Positions 28,229 through 37,647 of a stretch of DNA of 64,000 bases are shown piece after piece; position 1 is the first letter of the stretch; the number at the start of each line of letters is the position of its first letter. The notes beneath the pieces were generated by a model. That model did no database searches. It had not been told where the DNA came from and saw only the letters and a program-made list of their open reading frames with translations. Source of the DNA: Bdellovibrionales bacterium (GTDB taxonomy: Bacteria; Bdellovibrionota; UBA1018; CAIMNF01); assembly GCA_040380025.1 (NCBI GenBank), contig JBEIJY010000001.1:1-64000 (forward strand). The letters run 5' to 3'. The position numbers and the translations under genes were made by a program.

Positions 28229-29218
28229 TTAAGAATTGGCGCCTGAATTGGTCTGAGTGGCGACTTTCGGGGAGCCTTCGACGCTTTCGGCCGGAACCTC
28301 TTCGACCTCGGGGCTAAATTCTTCGTCCTGCGTCTTGGCGCTCAGGATCTGATCCCCTGCCCCCTCGATTGGTAAAACATTTTGCTTATCCCAACCTGTC
28401 GGAACTTTGCCGGGATTCACCTCAAACTCGAGCTCGATCGAACCACCGGCTGCGAAAATCTGTTCGCCCAAGGCCAACCGGAACTTGCGATAGTGTTCAT
28501 GGGTGGAGTACTGGGCCGAGTTCTGGAAGACGAAATCGATCGCCTTTGCAGATTCGGTCAGTTCGAACCGGGCAAGCAGATCAATTTCAAGATCCCCGGG
28601 ACGCACGAAAACGAAATCAGTCTTCGACTCCGGAACCAGCACCTTCTTTTTGAATTCGGAAGATTCTGCAAGAGTATTTCCTGAAATCACAGCACCTTCT
28701 TTGAAGGAAGCTCCAAGAGAGTCCTTCGCGGCATTGGTTCCCACGCAGGACTTTCCATCCAAAAGACAAACCGCCTGCTTTGACAGGGTCTCTTCAATTT
28801 TGCCCCCCTCCGGAACGAACAAGGTCAAATCCTTGAGCTTCAGAACAAAGCGTTTCACACCTACGACCGCAGTGCGCGGAGGAAAAGCATGGATCACTCG
28901 AAGAAGTTCATTCGAACGTTTCGAATAGGGAATGGATTGTCCCGCGTCCTCAAGCAAGGCTTCGGCGCGGCTGGGATGGGAAATCACGCCAGAAAACGGG
29001 AGCGTGCCCGGTTTTTGAAATCGTTCCAGATCGGCATCGGATACCGCTCCGATGCTCCCGGAAAGGTTCTGTACGAGACGCGGCCGCGCGCCTTCGGGAA
29101 TCTCACCCGTGGCGATGGTCTGAAGAGGGACACCCTCTCCCAACGCCGCTTTCGGGATTTCCTTGGAGCACGCCGAAAGCAGGGCCAAAATGCCAATTCC
29201 GAAGATCCGGACTTTCAT
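28229..29218 (-). CDS. Hypothetical lipoprotein
   Basis: MKVRIFGIGILALLSAC lipobox. Confidence 0.75.
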   Translation of the reverse strand: MKVRIFGIGILALLSACSKEIPKAALGEGVPLQTIATGEIPEGARPRLVQNLSGSIGAVSDADLERFQKPGTLPFSGVISHPSRAEALLEDAGQSIPYSKRSNELLRVIHAFPPRTAVVGVKRFVLKLKDLTLFVPEGGKIEETLSKQAVCLLDGKSCVGTNAAKDSLGASFKEGAVISGNTLAESSEFKKKVLVPESKTDFVFVRPGDLEIDLLARFELTESAKAIDFVFQNSAQYSTHEHYRKFRLALGEQIFAAGGSIELEFEVNPGKVPTGWDKQNVLPIEGAGDQILSAKTQDEEFSPEVEEVPAESVEGSPKVATQTNSGANS

Positions 29219-29226
29219 GAGGCGAG

Positions 29227-29255
29227 ATCCTACCACACAATACCAGACAAATCAA
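29227..29255 (-). promoter_or_regulatory. Sigma70 promoter, 8 nt before ATG 29218 (leaderless)
   Basis: TTGATT-17-TAGGAT with a TG extension; no SD. Confidence 0.65.
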
Positions 29256-29305
29256 GTCAATTTTACAAGCCAGACCGTGCAGCTGGCAGGCCATATGACA
29301 TGAAT

Positions 29306-29551
29306 TCAATTGATGGATCGAATCCGAAATCCAAGAATGGCCCCGATCCCCGCCCCCACCAGAACGCTAAAAAGCTGGATCCACCGGTTCGCATTCAGGG
29401 CCCATGCAATCGAAGCCGCACACGAGCAACCGGTGATGACCGGGGGCTCGAAGTACCAAGCCAGAAGACGCGGTACGAACAAAGACGCAAGAACGAACGC
29501 CAGGGCCGCACCGAGTGCCCCATAACGGGCCGCTTTTTTTGACCGGGACAT
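29306..29551 (-). CDS. Small two-TM membrane protein
   Basis: Two hydrophobic helices flanking a WYFEPP..GCSC loop. Confidence 0.6.
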   Translation of the reverse strand: MSRSKKAARYGALGAALAFVLASLFVPRLLAWYFEPPVITGCSCAASIAWALNANRWIQLFSVLVGAGIGAILGFRIRSIN

Positions 29552-29667
29552 CCGGTGTGCCTGTGGTAAATTCTCCAAACCGTGCTCCTTTCGAATGGTG
29601 TGATTTTTCGGATCAGTATCGCCAACCGTACCGTTCGATTCCGGATCCTGCAACTCCGAGGCTCACC

Positions 29668-30603
29668 ATGAAACACCGCTCTCCCCGAATCCTTTTTGCC
29701 GCGAAATCCGAATCCCCCCTCCGGATCGAAAAAAATTTCTACCCGAAAACCAAATCCCTGCGCGCGCACTTCGAAAAAACGTTTCAAGACCCGCTCTCAG
29801 CGAAAAGCGAGCGCTTCTGCTGGGACTATTGGACCGTTCCGGGACAATACCGGTTGCTTCGCACGCCGGCGGAGTCCTTTTTTCCGAAGCCCCTGTTCGA
29901 TGCCTTCCTCTCCCATCTTCTTGCCTTCGGGCGGGAACACCTCGGGTGCCAGATGATCTCGCATCCCTGGCTCAGCGCCTACGTCGACGGGTGTGAGCAG
30001 AATCTTCATTCGGACGTCCCCCACGGCCCCTTCAGTTTCGTGTATTCCCTGACCCCTTGGACCGCCCGTCGCTTCACGGGGGGCGAAACCCTGGTCTCGA
30101 AACCCCGCATTCTGCGCTATTTTTCGGAACTCCGGCATGACCGCTCCGATGAGGAATCCGATCTGTTCCATGCCGTCCCCCAACCGCTCGGACAGCTCAC
30201 GGTTTTTGATCCGCGCTACCCGCACGGGGTCCGCCGCGTCGAGGGCGCCTCGTCGATCTTAGAATCGAGGCTCGTGATTCATGGCTGGTTCACCGATCCG
30301 CGCCCCATGCTCGAGGGAGCGCTCACCTTCAAGAAGGTCATGGCGCCCATGGATCGAATCGCGCATGGCATTCTGGATGCCTTGGGCGCGACCACGCATT
30401 CGGGCCTTCTTTCGCTTCGTCTGGAAATCACGGAATCCGGCGCGGTGTCGGCAATCCGGGTGCTCACGGCGCATCTCCCCGATTCGAGCGGCATCCCGCT
30501 CCCGCGGAATGCTCTAAGCAGCATTTTGCGCGCCGGCGAGATCGGATTCCCCGCCGCCCGGGGAAAATCCTTCCTCACACTTCCCTTATTGATTCAACGG
30601 TGA
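29668..30603 (+). CDS. 2OG-Fe(II) oxygenase with a C-terminal TonB-C-like domain
   Basis: HSD...FTGGET...PHGV...RLVIHGWF motifs. Confidence 0.75.
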   Translation: MKHRSPRILFAAKSESPLRIEKNFYPKTKSLRAHFEKTFQDPLSAKSERFCWDYWTVPGQYRLLRTPAESFFPKPLFDAFLSHLLAFGREHLGCQMISHPWLSAYVDGCEQNLHSDVPHGPFSFVYSLTPWTARRFTGGETLVSKPRILRYFSELRHDRSDEESDLFHAVPQPLGQLTVFDPRYPHGVRRVEGASSILESRLVIHGWFTDPRPMLEGALTFKKVMAPMDRIAHGILDALGATTHSGLLSLRLEITESGAVSAIRVLTAHLPDSSGIPLPRNALSSILRAGEIGFPAARGKSFLTLPLLIQR

Positions 30604-30607
30604 TGCC

Positions 30608-30949
30608 ATGTCCAAAACATTGAGCCCGATTCTTCTGCTCGTTCTTGCCAACCTGTTCATGACCTTTGCGTGGTACGGACATTTAAAAAACATGCGCGAA
30701 AGACCGCTGTATTTTGCGATTCTCTCGAGCTGGCTCATCGCTTTTTTCGAGTACTGCATCCAGGTCCCGGCAAACCGCCTCGGATTCGAGAGCTATTCCC
30801 TGGCCCAACTGAAGGTGATGCAAGAAATCATCACCATGATCGTGTTCGCGGGGTTTGCGATCCTGTACATGAAGGTCCCGATCACAAAAAATTTTCTTTA
30901 CGCTTCCCTTTGTCTTCTGGGAGCGGCTTTTTTCATCTTCCGGGACTGA
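30608..30949 (+). CDS. DMT-family small membrane protein (DUF486-like)
   Basis: FMTFAWYGHLK, EYCIQVPANRLG and QLKVMQEIIT motifs. Confidence 0.9.
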   Translation: MSKTLSPILLLVLANLFMTFAWYGHLKNMRERPLYFAILSSWLIAFFEYCIQVPANRLGFESYSLAQLKVMQEIITMIVFAGFAILYMKVPITKNFLYASLCLLGAAFFIFRD

Positions 30950-31377
30950 GTTTTTTTCTTCTTTTTTGCGGGCTTTTTCGGAGCTGATTTCTTCGCTGGT
31001 TTCTGGCGGGTTTTCTTTGCCGATGTCTTCGCGGACTCGATCAACGCTTCCAAATGCCCGATCAGCTTCTTCTTGTGACCGGGATCGATGGCCACGAGCT
31101 CGGCTCCGACCTCGAATTGTTTGTTCGGGAGCCGTTTGCTCCGGACCACGCACACCAGCAGACTCAGGGGCTCGCCCTCGAACAGGGCCTCCAGCATGAC
31201 GAGAGCGCCCTTCGCGTATTCCCGCTGGGCAAGGAAAGAAATCCCCGAACTCGACAGATCGACCGAGGCACTTTGCTCCCGCACCGGATCCCCGGCGGCA
31301 TGGAACAAGGAATGTACGATCGTGCTCTTCAAAGGAACCCGAGTGCGTCGACGGCGATCCGCAGGTTTTTTCTTCAT
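30898..31377 (-). CDS. PilZ-domain protein with a Lys-rich C-terminal tail
   Basis: RRRRTR (RxxxR) and DLSSSG (DxSxxG) motifs. Confidence 0.85.
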   Translation of the reverse strand: MKKKPADRRRRTRVPLKSTIVHSLFHAAGDPVREQSASVDLSSSGISFLAQREYAKGALVMLEALFEGEPLSLLVCVVRSKRLPNKQFEVGAELVAIDPGHKKKLIGHLEALIESAKTSAKKTRQKPAKKSAPKKPAKKKKKTQSRKMKKAAPRRQREA

Positions 31378-31504
31378 GGGTTCCAGTGTGCCAAAGAACC
31401 GCGGATTGCGCGATGTCGGTTTTTTGACAGAAACTCCTTGAACTTTCTCCGGATACAAAACCCGATCCGTGCCTTAGAATGAATCCAAGGGAGATCTCAT
31501 CATT

Positions 31505-31900
31505 ATGTTCGATTTGAGCACCAAGGTTCTGATTGTGGATGACATGATGACCATGCGAAAGCTGGTCGGCAAGGTTTGCAAAGAAATCGGATTCACCGAC
31601 ATGGTCGAAGCGGGCGATGGAATCCAGGCCTGGGAGAAAATCCAGAACTCCGCCCCCCCGATCGGCCTCATCATCTCGGATTGGAATATGCCGAATTGCT
31701 CGGGACTCGACCTCGTGAAGCGGATCCGCGCCGACTCCAGATTCGGCAAGACTCCCTTTCTGATGGTCACCGCCGAGGCCGAACAGCACCAGGTCATCGA
31801 GGCCCTGAAGGCTGGTGTCGACAACTATGTCGTGAAACCCTTCAATGCTCCTACCCTGATCGAAAAGCTCGAGGCCATTCACAAGAAGCGGAGCGGTTGA
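31505..31900 (+). CDS. cheY: Chemotaxis response regulator CheY
   Basis: VDD, SDWNMP, VTAEAE and YVVKPF motifs. Confidence 0.93.
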   Translation: MFDLSTKVLIVDDMMTMRKLVGKVCKEIGFTDMVEAGDGIQAWEKIQNSAPPIGLIISDWNMPNCSGLDLVKRIRADSRFGKTPFLMVTAEAEQHQVIEALKAGVDNYVVKPFNAPTLIEKLEAIHKKRSG

Positions 31901-31905
31901 ACTCC

Positions 31906-33255
31906 ATGAGCAACCCCGCTCCCCGTATTCTTGCCGTGGGCCTGCCGGATGCGGTTTCGGCACCGCTCTCCGATTTGCTCGGAAAAGGCGAAATCGCGGC
32001 GATTCCGCTCGAAGCCGAGGCGTTGCTAGCAGAAGTGAGTCCGAAGCCCGCGATCGTGATCTCGGGCCCCCCGAAACCGGAACTCCCGGCGAACGAAATC
32101 GCACAATCCCTCCGGATGCAGTTTCCTGACCTTCCCCTGTTTCTTTGCTGCACGACCAAAGAGGGCTTCGAGCGAAAAACCCTGATCAAAAACGGCTTCA
32201 CCGATGCGTTTTTGCTTCCGATGGATCTCTCGAGCCTGAGAGGCGCCTTGAATCAGGCCCTGGCACAGGCAAGCGAAGGACAAATCCGCGTGTACCGCCC
32301 GGTCAAAATCATCGACCTGGAGCCCGGCGCGGAGCTCGGATTCGAGACGAGCATTTTTCTTCCGGCGAACAAAAAATATGTGAAACTGAGCGCCGCGGGC
32401 GATTCACTCGAAGCCGACCGGATCGAGAAGATCAAAAAAAGCAAATTCAACACGATCCAGGTCCCGGCCGAGCAGATGACCGAATTCTACACGTACTCGG
32501 CAAAACGCCTTCGCGACATGGGCGGTGGCGGAGGAGCACTGAGCGCGACCGAACGCCGCGAGAAGCTCTCAGGTGCGGTACGGGACCTGATCAGCGGACT
32601 CTTCAGCGAACAAACCGCCTCGTTCGAGGAGGGCCAGGCCCTCATGAAGGACTGCGGCGAAATCGTGAAGACCTACATCCTCGAGGGGCCCGACTCGGAG
32701 TGGTACGCCCGGATCCAGACAGTCCTTGGCGAAATGGGCGACGGGTACTCCCACACCGGAAACACCTCCACTCTGGCCGCCCTCTTTGCAATGGGACTCG
32801 GCATCGGAAAACCCGAGGATCTCGCCCTTGCTGGGCTTCTGCATGACATCGGAGTCGCGGAACTCCCGGCCGAGATCCAGCTTCTCGAACCCGAACAAAT
32901 GACACCCGCGCAGCTCGATCAATACAAGAAACACCCAGAACTCTCCGTGAATCTGATCAAATCAAGGAAGCTCATCGTGCCCGATCCGGTCACGAAGGCG
33001 ATCCTCCAGCACCACGAGCTCTTCAATGGTTCGGGCTATCCGGACGGGCTGTTCGGCGATCGGATCTCAAAAGAAGCGCAAATCCTGGCCCTTGCCGACC
33101 GGTTTGATTACCTGACCCGGGTCAAAGAAGGCCAGCCCCTGATGACACCGGCCCAAGCCGTCGAGCACCTTCGATCGCTTCAGGCGAATGATCCGTCGCG
33201 GATTCATTACGATCCCGAGCTTCTGAAAAAGTTACTCGCACTTTTTCCTGCCTGA
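31906..33255 (+). CDS. HD-GYP domain protein with a degenerate receiver-like N-terminus
   Basis: LLHDIG, HHELFNGSGYPDGL and ADRFD motifs. Confidence 0.88.
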   Translation: MSNPAPRILAVGLPDAVSAPLSDLLGKGEIAAIPLEAEALLAEVSPKPAIVISGPPKPELPANEIAQSLRMQFPDLPLFLCCTTKEGFERKTLIKNGFTDAFLLPMDLSSLRGALNQALAQASEGQIRVYRPVKIIDLEPGAELGFETSIFLPANKKYVKLSAAGDSLEADRIEKIKKSKFNTIQVPAEQMTEFYTYSAKRLRDMGGGGGALSATERREKLSGAVRDLISGLFSEQTASFEEGQALMKDCGEIVKTYILEGPDSEWYARIQTVLGEMGDGYSHTGNTSTLAALFAMGLGIGKPEDLALAGLLHDIGVAELPAEIQLLEPEQMTPAQLDQYKKHPELSVNLIKSRKLIVPDPVTKAILQHHELFNGSGYPDGLFGDRISKEAQILALADRFDYLTRVKEGQPLMTPAQAVEHLRSLQANDPSRIHYDPELLKKLLALFPA

Positions 33256-33264
33256 GAATTCCCC

Positions 33265-35076
33265 TCAACGCCGGAAGGGCTTTTTCGGAAGATCATTCCA
33301 CTCTTCCATGCGGGCCAGAATCCCGTCCACGGGGAGGGTTTCGGAGTCTTTCGCGCCGTAGCTCCGGACTGCAAACAAGCCGTCGGCAACTTCACGATCG
33401 CCGGCCACAAGCATGAGCGGAATCTTCGCGATTTGTGCCTCGCGGGTTTTCAGTCCCATTTTTTCGTTCCGGGAATCGATCTCGTACCGAATGCCCCGGG
33501 CGCGGAGTTTTTTCCCCATCTCCTCGCAGTATGGAAGATGCGCATCCGTGATCGGAATGAGGCGGCACTGCACGGGCGCAAGCCAGAACGGGAAAGCCCC
33601 CGCCACGTGTTCGATGTACACGCCCAAAAACCGCTCGAGCGAGCCCAAAACGGCCTTATGGATCACCACCGGCCGGTGGGCCGCATTGTCGGCACCGATG
33701 AAGGAGCAGTCAAAGTTCTCCGGGAGCATGAAGTCGAGCTGGACCGTCGCAAGCTGCCACTTGCGCTTCAGGGCATCTTTGACCTTGATGTCGATCTTCG
33801 GCCCGTAAAACGCGCCGCCGCCGGCATCAATCGCATATTTGCGTCCAGTTCCATCGAGAATCGTCTTGAGCGAGGCTTCGGCGCGATCCCATACTTCATC
33901 CGCGCCCATTCTTTGCTCGGGTCTCGTCGACAAAAAGAGCTCGAGATCGGCAATGTCAAAGCCGAACAGGGTGTAGGTTTTCACGACCATGTCCATGATC
34001 TTCCCGATCTCGGCTTCGACCTGATCGAGGGTGCAATACACGTGGGCATCATCCTGGCAAAAGGTGCGAACGCGCGTGAGCCCCGCCGTTACTCCCGAAA
34101 GCTCGTTCCGGTGGAGTCTTCCGAAATCCGCCAGCCGGAGCGGAAGATCGCGATACGAGCGTTTGTGCGCCGAGAAAATATAAGTCGAAGCCGGGCAATT
34201 CATGGGCTTCACGGCATGTTCGCGGCCATCACCCTTCCCCGCCACACCCTCTTGCACGATGTACATGTTGTCTTTGTAGTGTTCGTAGTGGCCGGATTTC
34301 TTCCAGAGCTCGGTATCGAACACCTGCGGAGTGATCACCTCGTCGTACTCATAGTACTGATACATGTCGCGCACGTATTGGATCAGCCGGTTGTACACGA
34401 TGGCGCCCTTCGGATGAAAAAACGGGCTTGCCGGAGCGATCGCATGGAAGGCGAACAGATCGAGTTCTTTTCCGAGCTTCCGGTGATCGCGCCGCTTCGC
34501 CTCTTCGAGCAGATTCAAATGCTCGTCGAGTTCGACCTGGGTCAGGAATGCCGTCCCGTAGATGCGCTGGAGCATCGGATTCTTCTCGCTCCCCCTCCAA
34601 TACGCCCCCGCAAGCGACATCAGCCGAAAGGCCTTGATCTTCGACGCCCGTTCCAGGTGCGGGCCGCGACAAAGATCGACAAAATCGCCCTCGGTGTAGG
34701 TGCTGACCGAAGTCGCACCGAACTGGCTCCGGAGGGTCTCGATGATCTCGACCTTGTAGGGCTGGTTCATCGAACGAAACTTCTCGATCGCCTCGTCGAC
34801 GGAATGCTCGGCACGCACGAACTTCTCGCCCGCGCCGATGATCCGGTGCATTTCTTTTTCGATCTTTTTCAGGTCATCCGTGGTGAGCTTCACCGGAAGA
34901 TCCACGTCGTAATAAAAGCCATCCTCGACCGTGGGCCCGATTCCGAACTTCGCCTCGGGCCAGAGCTTCCGGATCGCATGGGCCATCACGTGAGCGCAAG
35001 AATGCCTCAAGGTCTCCAGCTCGTTCAACTCGGTCGGTTCGGTGATCTCGTTCAATGCCACATCTTTTTCACTCAT
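33265..35076 (-). CDS. thrS: Threonine--tRNA ligase (no N-terminal TGS domain)
   Basis: RHSCAH, DLCRGPH, RDHRKLG, KPMNCP and AFYGPKID motifs. Confidence 0.97.
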   Translation of the reverse strand: MSEKDVALNEITEPTELNELETLRHSCAHVMAHAIRKLWPEAKFGIGPTVEDGFYYDVDLPVKLTTDDLKKIEKEMHRIIGAGEKFVRAEHSVDEAIEKFRSMNQPYKVEIIETLRSQFGATSVSTYTEGDFVDLCRGPHLERASKIKAFRLMSLAGAYWRGSEKNPMLQRIYGTAFLTQVELDEHLNLLEEAKRRDHRKLGKELDLFAFHAIAPASPFFHPKGAIVYNRLIQYVRDMYQYYEYDEVITPQVFDTELWKKSGHYEHYKDNMYIVQEGVAGKGDGREHAVKPMNCPASTYIFSAHKRSYRDLPLRLADFGRLHRNELSGVTAGLTRVRTFCQDDAHVYCTLDQVEAEIGKIMDMVVKTYTLFGFDIADLELFLSTRPEQRMGADEVWDRAEASLKTILDGTGRKYAIDAGGGAFYGPKIDIKVKDALKRKWQLATVQLDFMLPENFDCSFIGADNAAHRPVVIHKAVLGSLERFLGVYIEHVAGAFPFWLAPVQCRLIPITDAHLPYCEEMGKKLRARGIRYEIDSRNEKMGLKTREAQIAKIPLMLVAGDREVADGLFAVRSYGAKDSETLPVDGILARMEEWNDLPKKPFRR

Positions 35077-36745
35077 AAAACAGCTCCTTTGCCAGGTACG
35101 TGCCATAGGGTTGGATCCATCGCGGCGATTTGATGCGCGAATGGATTGCGGCCAGTACAAAATCCCGTTCAAATAAAAAGACATACGGAAGATCCTGATT
35201 CAGAAGATCGCCGATCTCCCGCAAGATCGCCTCGCGCTTCGGATGATTGAATTCCAAATTCGCTTTTTCGATCAGGGCATCCACCTTCGGATTCGCATAC
35301 CCCGTGAAATTCGACCCGCCCTTGCTCGAGGAAGAATGCCAGAGTTGTTTGGGATCCGGCCGGACGTCCCCGCCCGACCACCCCATGAGGGCCAGATCGA
35401 ATTCCTTCCGCTCCAGATCCTGAAACAGGGCCGAACCTTCCAGTGCCCGAAGCTCGAGGTCCACGCCGTTCTTACGGAAGGACTCCTTCAGGATTTGCGC
35501 GGTCCGGGACTGTGCGGGAAGTGCGCCCGCAAATCGAAACGTAAAGCGCGCCGGGATCTTTTTTCCGTTCACGGTTTTGACAAAAAACGGATTTCCGGGC
35601 TCCTGCACAAAACCATCCTCAAGAAGCAGCTTCCGGGCGGTCTTCGGGTCGAACTTCCGCCAGCGAGCGGGATCCTTCAGTTCTTTCGAAACAAGCTTCG
35701 AGGAGGTACCGAAGGGAGAAACACACCGGCTCGCCGTCCCCATGAAGCCCTTCAGGATGACCTCGTCGTAATCCACGAGGAGTGCCAGCGCCTCTCGGGT
35801 TTTCTTCGAAGCAAGAAGCGGATGCGCGAGGTTCATCGCGATTCCGGCCCACGAGAGGGGGCGCGAGGTACGAAACGCATCCGCCCAGACTTTTTTTCCG
35901 GAATCGGGAGAGGTGCCGAATTTGTCGCGATCCACCCCCTTCACCTGATTCACATACTGTTCCGAATTGAGCGGAGCCGAATCGAGTTGTCCTTGGATGA
36001 GCTTCTCATACCGGAGTGCGCCGTCCGGAATGATCCGGTACACGACTGTGTCAAAATTCGCGGTCGGGCGGAACCACGGAAGATCCACCCCCCACCATGT
36101 CTTGTTCCGCTCAAGCGTAATCATCTGGTCCCGGGAATGGCTCTTCAGAAGGTACGCCGAGTTCCCGACCGGCTTCATGCCCTCCTTCGAGGTATTGATA
36201 TCGGCTTCGTTTTGAAACTGCTTTTTTTGGACAGGGACAAAATCGCCGATCTGAAGAAGCGAATTATACCGAGGATTCTCGATGCGAAAGACGAATCTGG
36301 CCGGGTCGATCTTCCGGAACGTGAATCCTTCCAAGGCACCGCGAACAACCGCCGCATTTGTTTTCGGGTCCATGATCTTCTGGAACGTGAACTCGATGTC
36401 ATCGCTCGTCACCGGAGTCTGATCGGACCATCGCGCCTTCGGATTCAACTCGAATGCGTATTCTTTTTTGTCCTTCGACACCTTAACTCCGGTCGCGAGT
36501 GCGGGCATGAGTTCCCAGGTGCCGGGATCGATCGCAAGGAGGGGCAGATAAAACTGTCCCGCGAGTTCGTTTGAAATCGTGTCAGTGGCGAGAAACGGAA
36601 CAAAAGTCACGGGTGAGCCGATGATCGAATCGGTGTACACGCCTTTCTTCGGCACCGCCGGAAACTGCTCGTACGAGAACTTCGCCCAGGCCGGGAGGGC
36701 AAGGAGGAATGAAAACGGAATCAGCAGGAATTGCGCGGATTTCAT
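35069..36745 (-). CDS. ABC transporter peptide-binding protein (SBP family 5)
   Basis: Signal peptide; PALA, WSDQTPVTSDDIEFT and NFTGYANP motifs. Confidence 0.9.
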   Translation of the reverse strand: MKSAQFLLIPFSFLLALPAWAKFSYEQFPAVPKKGVYTDSIIGSPVTFVPFLATDTISNELAGQFYLPLLAIDPGTWELMPALATGVKVSKDKKEYAFELNPKARWSDQTPVTSDDIEFTFQKIMDPKTNAAVVRGALEGFTFRKIDPARFVFRIENPRYNSLLQIGDFVPVQKKQFQNEADINTSKEGMKPVGNSAYLLKSHSRDQMITLERNKTWWGVDLPWFRPTANFDTVVYRIIPDGALRYEKLIQGQLDSAPLNSEQYVNQVKGVDRDKFGTSPDSGKKVWADAFRTSRPLSWAGIAMNLAHPLLASKKTREALALLVDYDEVILKGFMGTASRCVSPFGTSSKLVSKELKDPARWRKFDPKTARKLLLEDGFVQEPGNPFFVKTVNGKKIPARFTFRFAGALPAQSRTAQILKESFRKNGVDLELRALEGSALFQDLERKEFDLALMGWSGGDVRPDPKQLWHSSSSKGGSNFTGYANPKVDALIEKANLEFNHPKREAILREIGDLLNQDLPYVFLFERDFVLAAIHSRIKSPRWIQPYGTYLAKELFYE

Positions 36746-36751
36746 GGCCTG

Positions 36752-36781
36752 ATTAAATCCGAGTCGCGGCTTTCTTGTCAA
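36752..36781 (-). promoter_or_regulatory. Sigma70 promoter, 6 nt before ATG 36745 (leaderless)
   Basis: TTGACA-18-TTTAAT-CAGGCC-ATG. Confidence 0.55.
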
Positions 36782-37647
36782 AATGTATCGCGATCCAACC
36801 GCAGAAGACTCCACTCCCGCTCCACCGCCCAGGGCTCGAGCTTTTCGCCCTGTTTCGCGAAGGTGATCCTTCGTGCTTCTTCGGTGGACCAGGTCACGCG
36901 GGTCGGATCCAAGATGACCTCGCTCTGGCCTGGAGCAAAGCGCTCAAGCCAGTCCCAGGCAAGCTCCATATCAGGGGTCGAATAGCGGATCCCCTCCTGC
37001 TCGTCTTTCGCCCAAGATTTTCCGGCAAAAAGAACTCGCACAATTCCGACTTTCTTTCCGGTCAGGGGACCACCCACGAGTTCCCTCGGAGCGACCACCG
37101 AGCGGATCCACTCGGAAGGCGTCGCCTTCCGTCCGAGCGCAAGATTCAAAAAATGCGCCCCCATCTCGGCACATCCCGCGCCCTCGCCCTTCAAGATGCG
37201 ATGTCCGCCTCCGTAATGGCGGTGACTGCCATGCAGAATCCACTCATTCAGCTCATCGAACAAAAGATGCGCACGCTCCGGGGTGAGATCCACCCGCAGG
37301 GATTTCAGCCGCCCTCTGCTCCGCGCGTCCTTCAGCTTCCTCAGCGCAGGGATTCCCTCGTCCAATTTGCCCGGAAAATCATGAAAAAACGCCCCGAGTC
37401 CGACCCGCTCCGAGATCACCTTCAGCGTCGAAAGATTCGGACTCCGGCGCGACATGCCCGTAAGGATGTGGCTTGCGCCGTTCTTCCAGGGCGTTTCGGA
37501 CTTCAATTCGATGTAAAAATGCCCGATCGGAGCGGAGTCGCGGATGAGATGGTGCCAAAGCGTATCCTGGAGAAGCCTCGAGGGACTCTCCCAGCCGAGC
37601 GGACGGGGCGGAGGAATCACATGAAGCTTGAACCAGGTTCCGCTCAT
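36778..37647 (-). CDS. Hypothetical protein (possible His/Cys catalytic pair)
   Basis: ATGA-coupled to prmA; PIGH and GAGC segments. Confidence 0.65.
   Translation of the reverse strand: MSGTWFKLHVIPPPRPLGWESPSRLLQDTLWHHLIRDSAPIGHFYIELKSETPWKNGASHILTGMSRRSPNLSTLKVISERVGLGAFFHDFPGKLDEGIPALRKLKDARSRGRLKSLRVDLTPERAHLLFDELNEWILHGSHRHYGGGHRILKGEGAGCAEMGAHFLNLALGRKATPSEWIRSVVAPRELVGGPLTGKKVGIVRVLFAGKSWAKDEQEGIRYSTPDMELAWDWLERFAPGQSEVILDPTRVTWSTEEARRITFAKQGEKLEPWAVEREWSLLRLDRDTF

Noticed and set aside
33433..35133. 566-aa plus-strand ORF
   Set aside because: Antisense shadow of thrS, typical of GC-rich codon bias; no motifs.
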